DNA of 64,000 nt from Chitinophaga pinensis (GTDB lineage Bacteria; Bacteroidota; Bacteroidia; UKL13-3). Position numbers and translations under genes: made by a program. The notes below the pieces were generated by a model that was given only the letters and a program-made list of their open reading frames with translations, did not search any database and was not told the origin of the DNA. Where the stretch lies: positions 43,565 to 107,564 of the forward strand of contig CAMAWM010000001.1 of assembly GCA_945861965.1 (NCBI GenBank), in the 5' to 3' direction. Shown one piece after another: positions 1-9,064 of the stretch; the first letter of the stretch is position 1, and each line of letters begins with the position of its first letter.

Positions 1-2975
1 AGCAGAAAACTAGTAAGCTGAAACCTATTTCTTTTAATGCAGCTATTGATTTGAGAAACAATTTGAAGTATCTGCGTTATGCTGTTTTGCCTGTATTGGT
101 GTATGTTTTAATTTTAATTGTCTCGCCAAGTATGATTAGTGATAGCGGAGAAAGAATTATAAAATACAATCAAACATTTGCGGTAAATGCTCCTTTTAAT
201 TTTGAACTTAAAAATAAAATTCTTGAAGTTGATCAATTCAACGATTTTGAATTGAAAGTAAAATTATTTGGCAATGAAATTCCTGCCGATATTTTTTTAA
301 TGATAGATGGCAATGCATACAAAATGAAGAAAAATGACCTCTTGAATTTTTCATACACATTCAAAAATATTCAACACAATACTAAGTTCCAATTTTTTGC
401 AGATGAATTTTATAGCAAGGATTATTTGATTGAAGTTTTACCCAAACCATTGATGTTAAATTATCAAATTGTTTGTGATTATCCTGAATATACAGGCAAA
501 AAAGATGAAGTGCTAACTAGTCCAGGAGATGTTGTTGTACCTGCAGGAACAGCAATGAAATGGAAGTTTCTAACAAAACAAACCGAGCAGGTGATTTTGG
601 GTTTTGGAAATAAAATAGTGCAAGCCGAAAAAATTGACGATGCGAAATTTATCTTTTCTAAAAAAGTTTTTGAAAGCGAAAATTATTACATAAAAAATGT
701 AAACACAAAAGTTAAAAATAGCGATTCGATGCAATTTGTAATTTCTGTCATCGAAGACGCATATCCTGTTTTGACGGTGGATGAAAAATCGGATTCAATA
801 AGCAAAAAACAGTTTTATTTTATTGGCGATGCAAGCGATGATTATGGATTAACCAAACTTAATTTTAATTATAGATTTATTAAATCAGCAGATAAAATTA
901 AGACAGAAAAAGGAGTTCAACAAAAACAAATTTTGTTTGAAAAGCGCCAAAATCCGCAACGCTTTTATCACTACTTTAATTTGCATGAAATTAATTTACA
1001 AGAAGGAGATGAAATTGAATATTATTTTGAGTTGTGGGACAACGATGGCGTTCGTGGAGCTAAATCTATTCGATCTAAAACTTCGTTGTACAAAGCTCCA
1101 AGCATTAATGAACTAAAAGATGAAACCAATAAGAATAGTGAAATATATAAAAAAAATCTAAAAGAAACACTAAATGAAGCAAAGGAATTACAAAAGGAAT
1201 TGAAGGATCTTCAGCGAAAAATAAAGGAAAAAAATTCATTGACTTGGGAAGAGAAAAGAAAAGCAGAACAACTACTTCAGCGCGAAAAAGATTTAAATAA
1301 AAAGATGGATGAATTGCAAAAAGAGTTGAAGCTAAACAATCAAAAAGAGCAAGATTATAAGCAGCAAGAGGAAAGAATAGTTGAAAAACAAGCACAGTTA
1401 GAGAAAATGTACAAGGAAATAATGAATGATGAGATGAAGGAGTTGCTTAAGAAAATGGAAGACATGCTGAAGTTGCAAAACAAAGATTTATTGAAAAATG
1501 AAATGGAAAAACTGCAGCTTGAAAACAAAGATGTGGAGAAGGAATTGGATAGAATGTTGGAAATGTACAAGCAATTGGAACTTGAAAAAAAGCTTGAAGA
1601 CGTTAAAAACAATTTAGATAAATTATCAGAAAAACAAGAACAATTAGAAAAGAAAAATGATGACAACACTGCGAAAGAAACTGATTTGAAAACAGAGCAG
1701 GATAAGTTGAATAAAGAATTTGATGACATTAAAAAGGAGTTGAATGAAATAGAAAAACTGAATGAAAAATTAGAAGAAAAACAGGAATTGTCGGATACCA
1801 AAACGGATGAAAAGGAAATAGAGCAAGAGATGGAAAACAGCAGCAATGAACTTAGCAAAGGCAACAAGAAAAAAGCAAAACAGTCGCAAAAGAAAGCTGC
1901 AGAAAAAATGCAGCAGCTAAGCGAAAAAATGAAACAAAAAAGTTTGGAACAAGAGAAAGAGGAGCAAGAAGAAGATGTAAATGCTTTGCGAGAAATACTG
2001 GAAAATTTAGTTGAATTAAGTAAAGAGCAAGAAAATTTGATGCAGCGTTTTGGTGAGGTTAATAGCTATAGTCCGCAATTTGTTCAAATGGCACAAGAGC
2101 AAAAAAACCTAAAAGACAATGCAAAAATAATTGAAGATAGTTTGACAGCATTGAGCAAGCGTGTTGCAGAAATTAGATCATTTATAAACAAAGAAATGAC
2201 GGCAATGATTAATCACATGGATAAATCCAACAAAGGTTTTTCAGAGAGGAATATGCATCATACCAGAGTGGAACAACAAAGTGCAATGACCAATATGAAC
2301 AACCTAGCATTGATGTTGAGTGAAGCATTGAAAAAAATGCAACAGGATATGCAAAGTCAACAAAATTCGGACAAATCAGGAGATGGAAAAAGTAAAAAAA
2401 CTGGAAAAGGAAAGGGTGGAAAAAGCGGCAAGATGAGCATGAGCAAATTGAAAAAAATGCAAGAGGAAATGAATAAACAATTGCGCGAAGGGATGAATAA
2501 ACAAGAAGGAAAAGGACAAAAACAAGGTGAGAAAGGAATGGGAAGCGAATCGTTTGCACGAATGGCATCGCAACAAATGGCAATAAGACAAGCCATGCAA
2601 AAAATGTTGAGTGAGATGGGAGCAAAAGAAAAAGAAGGATTAGGTGGAAACAAACAACTTGGCGATTTGCAAAAACAAATGGAACAATCGGAAAAAGAAT
2701 TATTCAATAAAAAACTTACAACGGAAACATTGATGCGGCAACAACAAATTTTGACTCGTTTATTGGAAAGTGAAAAAGCCGAAAAAAAGCAGGAACAAGA
2801 TACAAAACGCGAAGCAGAACAAGCGCAAGAAAAAGAACGAATTGCGCCACCGCCAAATTTTGATAAATACCTGCAACAAAAAAATAAAGAAACAGAATTG
2901 TTAAGAACCGTACCTGCAGAAATGAAACCATATTTCAAACAAAAAGCAAACGAATATTTAAAAGGAATTCAATAA
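1..2975 (+). CDS. Large K/E-rich coiled-coil membrane-associated protein; 5' end lies outside the window. Possibly DUF4175-like, but this is uncertain.
   Basis: The reading frame is open from the window start; the first in-frame start shown by the ORF track is a TTG at 51. A hydrophobic segment (AVLPVLVYVLILIVS) lies near the N-terminus. A ~330-aa globular region is followed by ~500 aa of heptad-like K/E/L/Q-rich sequence, then M/Q/N-rich and G/K-rich low-complexity tracts. Confidence 0.5.
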   Translation, partial: QKTSKLKPISFNAAIDLRNNLKYLRYAVLPVLVYVLILIVSPSMISDSGERIIKYNQTFAVNAPFNFELKNKILEVDQFNDFELKVKLFGNEIPADIFLMIDGNAYKMKKNDLLNFSYTFKNIQHNTKFQFFADEFYSKDYLIEVLPKPLMLNYQIVCDYPEYTGKKDEVLTSPGDVVVPAGTAMKWKFLTKQTEQVILGFGNKIVQAEKIDDAKFIFSKKVFESENYYIKNVNTKVKNSDSMQFVISVIEDAYPVLTVDEKSDSISKKQFYFIGDASDDYGLTKLNFNYRFIKSADKIKTEKGVQQKQILFEKRQNPQRFYHYFNLHEINLQEGDEIEYYFELWDNDGVRGAKSIRSKTSLYKAPSINELKDETNKNSEIYKKNLKETLNEAKELQKELKDLQRKIKEKNSLTWEEKRKAEQLLQREKDLNKKMDELQKELKLNNQKEQDYKQQEERIVEKQAQLEKMYKEIMNDEMKELLKKMEDMLKLQNKDLLKNEMEKLQLENKDVEKELDRMLEMYKQLELEKKLEDVKNNLDKLSEKQEQLEKKNDDNTAKETDLKTEQDKLNKEFDDIKKELNEIEKLNEKLEEKQELSDTKTDEKEIEQEMENSSNELSKGNKKKAKQSQKKAAEKMQQLSEKMKQKSLEQEKEEQEEDVNALREILENLVELSKEQENLMQRFGEVNSYSPQFVQMAQEQKNLKDNAKIIEDSLTALSKRVAEIRSFINKEMTAMINHMDKSNKGFSERNMHHTRVEQQSAMTNMNNLALMLSEALKKMQQDMQSQQNSDKSGDGKSKKTGKGKGGKSGKMSMSKLKKMQEEMNKQLREGMNKQEGKGQKQGEKGMGSESFARMASQQMAIRQAMQKMLSEMGAKEKEGLGGNKQLGDLQKQMEQSEKELFNKKLTTETLMRQQQILTRLLESEKAEKKQEQDTKREAEQAQEKERIAPPPNFDKYLQQKNKETELLRTVPAEMKPYFKQKANEYLKGIQ

Positions 2976-2984
2976 TTCTAATCA

Positions 2985-3341
2985 ATGCCTAAACCAAAAA
3001 TCAATAAAACTGAGTACACTTTTTTTGATGACGTGTACGATGTTGTGCGGTTAATTCCTAATGGCAGAGTTACAAGTTATGGTGCCATTGCAAAATATTT
3101 GGGAAGTGCCCAAAGCAGTCGATTGGTTGGATATGCAATGAATGCGTCTGGTAAGGAAATGCCAGAGGTGCCAGCGCACCGAGTTGTTAATAGAAACGGT
3201 TTGTTAACGGGCAAACATTTTTTTAATAACGAAAATGAAATGCAAAGATTATTGGAATTGGAAGGTGTGAAAGTGAAAGAGGACAAAATTGCAGATTTCA
3301 AATTGCATTTTTGGGATCCAATTTTAGAACTTGATTTGTAA
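2985..3341 (+). CDS. Alkyltransferase-like (ATL) protein, MGMT/Ogt DNA-binding fold without the catalytic cysteine
   Basis: 118 aa. It carries an MGMT C-terminal-domain signature (NGRVTSYGAIAKYLG ... PAHRVVNRNG). The canonical PCHRV active-site Cys is replaced by Ala, as in ATL/YbaZ-type proteins. Confidence 0.7.
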   Translation: MPKPKINKTEYTFFDDVYDVVRLIPNGRVTSYGAIAKYLGSAQSSRLVGYAMNASGKEMPEVPAHRVVNRNGLLTGKHFFNNENEMQRLLELEGVKVKEDKIADFKLHFWDPILELDL

Positions 3342-3399
3342 ATAGACCACAGTATTTTTAAATTTAAGGTAAAGTTTTTAGCTAATTTGTGAGCAATAA

Positions 3400-5838
3400 A
3401 TGAAAATAATTTTTAACTGTCTTTTTTTAATTAGCATAAATTTATTATGTAATAATTTAGCTTTTTCTCAAGGCGAAGAGGATAGTTTGCAATTGTTGTT
3501 GCCATTCTCAAAAGACGAACAAAGGGTTGATATTTTAAATGCACTTTCTTTTTCGCAGAATGAAAACGACAGCTCAAAAAAAATTGATTATGCAAAACAG
3601 GCATTATCCATTTCAAATAAGCTCAATTATACTAAAGGATTAGCACAAGCGCACATTGCATTTGGAATAGTTGAAAATAACCGACAGCGATATAATTTAG
3701 CAAGAACAGAATTGTTGCACGGTTTGTTTTTGGCTTTAAAATCAACTGATTTGGCCACAATTGGAATAGCTTACGAACATTTAGGAAACCTTTATTTTTC
3801 TACAACTGATTACACAAAATCATTGCGCTATTATTCAGGTGCATTAAAAATTGCAGACCAAAGATTTGATATAAAAAATAGTGCTAATGTAACTTTTGAG
3901 ATAGGTGCACTTTATTTTGAATTGCAAGATTTGAATAAGGCAACAAGCTATTTTTTGCGTTCGTATAAATTATTCAAAAAATTAAAAAATGAATTAATTG
4001 CTGCAAGAATTGAAAACAAACTGGCAATTATTTATCAATCGAAAGGATACGATTTGAACGCGTTGCATCATTACATGCAATGTATAGAAGTATTTAAAAA
4101 GTTTGCAAGTTCAAGCGATATTTCATCGGTTCGAAATAATATTGCAACAATTTATTTAAAACGCGAACAGCCACAAAAAGCAGTAAAAATTCTTGCAGAA
4201 GCATATAAAATGGATGATGCTGTGAAAGATTATAAATCGGCAACAATTTCAGCAACAAATTTATCGTATGCATTTCTACAACTTCGAAAATTTGATTCTG
4301 CGATTTATTATGGTATTACGGCTTTTGAGATTGCAAAAAACAATAAATTTAAAAAGGAATATGCCTTTGCGGCATTTGCGTTAAATTCAGTTTGCAAACT
4401 AAAAGGAGACAATCAGAAGGCATTGTTTTATAAAAACGAATACGAGAAAATTAACAATGAATTGCTAGTAGAAAAAAAGTTGAATTTAGCAAAGCTTCAA
4501 GTAAAAGATGAAGCAGAAAAAAAAGCAGAGCCAATTGATTTATTGAAGAATGAAGATGCTAAATTGAACGAAATTAGTGGCAAACAAAATGCACCATTTA
4601 TACAATCAAATGGCAGTTTGTATTCTGTAATTGGATTGCTAATTGTTGTTGTTATTTCGCTGTTGTTTTTTATTTTTATTTCAAATAAAAAACGAAAAAA
4701 ACAGTTCAAGTCAGACTCAAATCAACTAGGTAGTATTAATAAATTGAATAGCGAAATTAGAACTCCGCTTAATTCGATTTTAGGTATGAGCAACTTGGCT
4801 TCACACAGTAAAAATATTCACGAGCTTCGCCAATATCTTTTAGGGATTAACCAATCGGGAGATGACTTGTTATTTGTTATAAATAATTTCAATTTGTATG
4901 TTCAAATTACAACAAAAAACGATAAATTAATTTCAACACAATTTGAATTTACAGAAAGCTTACGATTGCTTTTTAAATCCTTTGAAATGCAATGCAAACA
5001 GAAAGGAATTTTGTTCAATTCTGCACTTGCAAATGATATTCCGTTGATTGTAAATGGAGACAAAATAAAATTGCTGGCCATCATTCAAAACTTGTTAAAC
5101 AATGCATTGAAATTTTCTGAAAAAGGAGAAGTTAAAGTAGATGTAAAAACCATACAAATATCAAAAACGAAAGTTCATAAAATTCAAATAAAAGTAAGTG
5201 ATGAAGGAAAAGGAATTGATAAAAAAGTTGCAAATGAAAACAAGTTTGGAATAGGATTATTTATTGTAAAACATTTTGCCGAAAAGATGAATGGTGATTT
5301 TGAAATTAAAAATAATGAAACTGGATGTTCAGCTATTGTTAGTTTTGAGTTAAAAGCTATCACAGAAAATATTATTGATTCAATCGAAAAAAAATCAGCA
5401 GCAACTAATTCTTCATCCAAATCAATGTATCGGAAGCAAATTTTGTTGGTTGAAAGCAATCTATTAAATCAGAAAGTGTTGTTGCAGATTTTAAGAAATC
5501 ACGGATATATTGTAACAACAGCCAACAATGGAAAAGAGGCTTTGAGTTGCCTTCGACAATACAATTTTGATGTTATACTTATGGAAATTCAAACACCCAT
5601 TATGGATGGATTTGTTGCAACAAAACACATTAGAAACGATAAAGAATTTGAATGCGATAGCAATTTGCCGATTGTTGCCATGTCATCAAGTAACGACCCA
5701 TTAGAAATGCAGCGATGTTTTGAATTTGGTTTCAACGAGTATCTTATTAAACCGATAAATAAAGAAGTGCTTTTGAAAAAATTAGATGCATTGTGCACTA
5801 ATTATCAATCGTATTTATCAGAAACTAAAGGCAGATAA
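3400..5838 (+). CDS. TPR-repeat hybrid sensor histidine kinase / response regulator with atypical phospho-acceptor residues
   Basis: Signal peptide, ~380 aa of TPR-like repeats and one TM segment (LLIVVVISLLFFIFI). The HisKA-like box reads SEIRTPLNSILGM. The HATPase has an N-box (LLNNALKFS), a G1 box (DEGKG) and a G2 box (GIGLF). The C-terminal receiver reads LLVESN ... DVILMEIQTPIMDG ... YLIKP. Confidence 0.8.
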   Translation: MKIIFNCLFLISINLLCNNLAFSQGEEDSLQLLLPFSKDEQRVDILNALSFSQNENDSSKKIDYAKQALSISNKLNYTKGLAQAHIAFGIVENNRQRYNLARTELLHGLFLALKSTDLATIGIAYEHLGNLYFSTTDYTKSLRYYSGALKIADQRFDIKNSANVTFEIGALYFELQDLNKATSYFLRSYKLFKKLKNELIAARIENKLAIIYQSKGYDLNALHHYMQCIEVFKKFASSSDISSVRNNIATIYLKREQPQKAVKILAEAYKMDDAVKDYKSATISATNLSYAFLQLRKFDSAIYYGITAFEIAKNNKFKKEYAFAAFALNSVCKLKGDNQKALFYKNEYEKINNELLVEKKLNLAKLQVKDEAEKKAEPIDLLKNEDAKLNEISGKQNAPFIQSNGSLYSVIGLLIVVVISLLFFIFISNKKRKKQFKSDSNQLGSINKLNSEIRTPLNSILGMSNLASHSKNIHELRQYLLGINQSGDDLLFVINNFNLYVQITTKNDKLISTQFEFTESLRLLFKSFEMQCKQKGILFNSALANDIPLIVNGDKIKLLAIIQNLLNNALKFSEKGEVKVDVKTIQISKTKVHKIQIKVSDEGKGIDKKVANENKFGIGLFIVKHFAEKMNGDFEIKNNETGCSAIVSFELKAITENIIDSIEKKSAATNSSSKSMYRKQILLVESNLLNQKVLLQILRNHGYIVTTANNGKEALSCLRQYNFDVILMEIQTPIMDGFVATKHIRNDKEFECDSNLPIVAMSSSNDPLEMQRCFEFGFNEYLIKPINKEVLLKKLDALCTNYQSYLSETKGR

Positions 5839-5911
5839 AAAAAATCAGTAATTTGTAAATCGTAATTTATCTGCTTATTTCTGCACCTTAAAAATAGTAT
5901 CACAAAAAAAT

Positions 5912-6784
5912 ATGTCAGTTTTAGTCGATAAAAATTCAAAAGTAATTGTTCAAGGATTTACTGGCGGAGAAGGAACTTTTCATTCCCAGCAAATGATTGA
6001 ATACGGAACCAATATTGTAGGTGGAGTAACGCCAGGAAAAGGCGGACAACTACATTTAGAACGGCCAGTATTTAATACCGTTGCAGATGCTGTAAAATCA
6101 ACATCAGCAAATGTTTCAATCATATTTGTTCCGCCTGCATTTGCTGCAGATGCAATAATGGAAGCAGCCGATGCAGGAATCGAAGTTATCGTCTGCATTA
6201 CAGAAGGCATTCCGGTTAAAGATATGATACCAGTTAAAGAATATATCAAATCAAAAAATTGCACTTTAATTGGACCAAACTGCCCCGGAGTTATTACCCC
6301 TGGCCAAGCAAAGGTTGGAATTATGCCAGGATTTGTTTTTAAACAAGGAAGAATAGGAATTGTTTCTAAATCAGGAACACTTACATACGAAGCGGCCGAT
6401 CAGGTGGTGAAAGCTGGCTTAGGTATTTCTACCGCAATTGGAATTGGAGGAGATCCAATAATTGGAACACCTACAAAAGATGCTGTTGAGTTACTGATGA
6501 ACGATACGGAAACCGATGCAATTGTTATGATTGGTGAGATTGGAGGAAGCTATGAAGCAGATGCTGCACGTTGGATAAAAGCAAATGGAAATAAGAAGCC
6601 AGTTGTTGGATTTATTGCTGGACAAACCGCTCCTGTTGGGCGAAGAATGGGACATGCTGGCGCAATAATTGGTGGAAAAGACGATACAGCTGCAGCCAAA
6701 AAACAAATTATGGCTGAGTGCGGAATATTTGTGGTGGAATCACCTGCTGATATTGGAGAAAAAATAAAAGAAGTATTGGAATAA
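5912..6784 (+). CDS. sucD: Succinate--CoA ligase [ADP-forming] subunit alpha
   Basis: 290 aa with a SucD-typical N-terminus ([35 protein letters not shown]) and a CoA-binding/ligase fold throughout. Confidence 0.93.
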   Translation: MSVLVDKNSKVIVQGFTGGEGTFHSQQMIEYGTNIVGGVTPGKGGQLHLERPVFNTVADAVKSTSANVSIIFVPPAFAADAIMEAADAGIEVIVCITEGIPVKDMIPVKEYIKSKNCTLIGPNCPGVITPGQAKVGIMPGFVFKQGRIGIVSKSGTLTYEAADQVVKAGLGISTAIGIGGDPIIGTPTKDAVELLMNDTETDAIVMIGEIGGSYEADAARWIKANGNKKPVVGFIAGQTAPVGRRMGHAGAIIGGKDDTAAAKKQIMAECGIFVVESPADIGEKIKEVLE

Positions 6785-6838
6785 AAATTCTATCTGAAGA
6801 TTTTATATAGTTTTAATTAGGTTTGCAGTAATAACAAT

Positions 6839-8125
6839 TTGAAAATAAATATGTCAGAAAATGTAATTAAGCATAGCTCAGAAAATCCATTCCAATCTAT
6901 GATTTCTAGATTTGATAAAGCAGCTAAACTAATAGGATTGGATGAGAGCGATTACAATGTTTTAAAAGCCCCTCAAAAAACGGTGATTGTTAATATTCCA
7001 GTAACAATGGATGATGGAAAAGTTCGCGTGTTTGAAGGATTTCGTGTGGTGCACAATGCAAATCTTGGACCTTCAAAAGGTGGAATTCGTTATTCGATGG
7101 ATGTTAATTTAGATGAAGTAAAAGCACTTGCAGCTTGGATGACATGGAAATGTGCAGTTGTCGGAATTCCATATGGAGGTGGAAAAGGTGGAATTAAGTG
7201 CGATCCACGCAGTATGAGCAAAGGCGAATTAGAAAGATTGACTCGATCATACACAGATTTAATGTTTAATGTTTTTGGTCCTGACAAAGACATTCCAGCC
7301 CCGGATATGGGAACCGGCCAACAAGAAATGGCTTGGATAATGGATGAATATTCTAAGTTGATTGGCTATTCAAGCCCAGCAGTGGTAACGGGAAAACCAA
7401 TCGTTTTAGGAGGTTCTTTGGGTAGGGTTGAAGCAACAGGTAGAGGTGTCATGGTTTCAACGCGTTCTGCATTGGGAAAACTTGGAATTAGTCCTGTTGG
7501 ATCAACTTGTGCAGTTCAGGGATTTGGAAACGTAGGATCAATCTCAGCAAAGCTTTTAGCCATGCAAGGATTGAAGGTGCTAGCTATTTCTGATATTTCG
7601 GGAGCGTATTATAATCCAAACGGATTAGATGCCGAAGAAGCAATTGCTTATAGAGACAGCAACAATGGAACTTTAGAGGGTTATAAAGGCGGAGAAAAAA
7701 TTACGAATAACGAGTTGTTAGAATTAGATGTAACTGTTCTGGTTCCTGCTGCTATGGAAGATCAAATTACAGAAGAAAATGCTGAACGAATAAAAGCAAA
7801 ATTGATAGTTGAAGGTGCAAACGGACCAACCAGCGCAAGTGCAGACGATATTCTGAATAAAAAAGGAATTATGATTGTACCTGATATTTTGGCAAATGCC
7901 GGAGGGGTTACAGTAAGTTATTTTGAGTGGGTACAAAATCGTTTGGGATATTTTTGGACTGAAGAAAGAGTTTATCGCAGAGCAGATAGAGTAATGAAAA
8001 CTGCTTTTGAATCTGTGTATGCTGCTTCAAAAGAATACAATTGTAGTTTAAGAATTGCTGCTTATGCGGTAGCTATAAAAAAAGTAGCAGAAGTAGAAAA
8101 ACTTAGAGGAAAATTTGGAGTATAA
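6839..8125 (+). CDS. gdhA: Glu/Leu/Phe/Val-family glutamate dehydrogenase
   Basis: 428 aa with the catalytic glycine-rich motif GIPYGGGKGGI and a Rossmann segment (GFGNVGS). Confidence 0.88.
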   Translation: MKINMSENVIKHSSENPFQSMISRFDKAAKLIGLDESDYNVLKAPQKTVIVNIPVTMDDGKVRVFEGFRVVHNANLGPSKGGIRYSMDVNLDEVKALAAWMTWKCAVVGIPYGGGKGGIKCDPRSMSKGELERLTRSYTDLMFNVFGPDKDIPAPDMGTGQQEMAWIMDEYSKLIGYSSPAVVTGKPIVLGGSLGRVEATGRGVMVSTRSALGKLGISPVGSTCAVQGFGNVGSISAKLLAMQGLKVLAISDISGAYYNPNGLDAEEAIAYRDSNNGTLEGYKGGEKITNNELLELDVTVLVPAAMEDQITEENAERIKAKLIVEGANGPTSASADDILNKKGIMIVPDILANAGGVTVSYFEWVQNRLGYFWTEERVYRRADRVMKTAFESVYAASKEYNCSLRIAAYAVAIKKVAEVEKLRGKFGV

Positions 8126-8142
8126 AATTTAAAAAACAAGAA

Positions 8143-8793
8143 ATGATTCATCGCGAAGGCAAAGCCACCATACTAATTACTTTGATTGTATTATTTGCAA
8201 TCAATTATTCTGTTAGTTTTTGTCAAATCGAGTGGATACAAAATATTTCAACTGCAGTTTCAATCTTATTTTTAATAATTATTTTGCAGTTTTTTCGCAA
8301 TCCATCTGTTCATACAGAGCAAAACGAAAACCATATTATAAGTCCAGCCGATGGAAAAATTGTTGTAATTGAAGAAGTAGAAGAAACGGAATTTTTTAAA
8401 GATAAACGCATTCAAATTTCCGTTTTTATGTCGCCATTTAATGTGCATGTAAACCGCAATCCAATTTCAGGAATTGTAAAATATTTTAAATACCATCGCG
8501 GACTTTATTTAGTTGCGTGGCATCCAAAATCTTCGACAGAAAACGAACGCACAAGCTCTGTTATTGAATCAAAAAATGGAACTGCAATACTTTTCCGTCA
8601 AATAGCCGGAGCATTGGCAAAACGAATAGTTTCGTATTTGCACGAAGGGCAAAATGTACAACAAGGTGCCGAAATGGGATTTATTAAATTCGGTTCCAGA
8701 GTGGATGTTTTTTTGCCATTAAATTCCAAAATAAATGTTTCGCTTAATCAAAAAGTAAAAGGCGGAAAAACAGTTTTGGCAGAATTGAATTAA
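8143..8793 (+). CDS. psd: Phosphatidylserine decarboxylase family proenzyme (short archaeal/Bacteroidetes type)
   Basis: 216 aa with a membrane anchor and an FGSR self-cleavage-type motif (IKFGSRVDVF) near the C-terminus. Confidence 0.75.
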   Translation: MIHREGKATILITLIVLFAINYSVSFCQIEWIQNISTAVSILFLIIILQFFRNPSVHTEQNENHIISPADGKIVVIEEVEETEFFKDKRIQISVFMSPFNVHVNRNPISGIVKYFKYHRGLYLVAWHPKSSTENERTSSVIESKNGTAILFRQIAGALAKRIVSYLHEGQNVQQGAEMGFIKFGSRVDVFLPLNSKINVSLNQKVKGGKTVLAELN

Positions 8794-9064
8794 TTAACTC
8801 ATTCGCTATTCCCTAATATATTGTGAGTATTTATTTATCAAATGTTCAGGACGTTATACATTAATTATATTTTTTTACCAACCACTTAATACACATTGAA
8901 GTCATTACCAATATAAAACTAAATAACTTTGCTTTTCTTTCATACTTTTCCGGAATTCTAATAACGAATATATTAAGTAAAAATTAAGTATTAAAATGTT
9001 GTCGTACATTTACTAATTTACTATAATTGCTTCTTTAGTTATTTCAAAAAAACATTAAATTACC

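Noticed and set aside
1105-2938. Several minus-strand ORFs (1105..1395, 1355..1867, 2209..2625, 2357..2938, 2376..2600, 2716..2931) with S/F/L-rich translations
   Set aside because: They lie antisense to the K/E-rich coiled-coil gene. Their low-complexity S/F/C composition is the mirror image of the GAA/AAG-rich sense strand. They have no domains and are not called.
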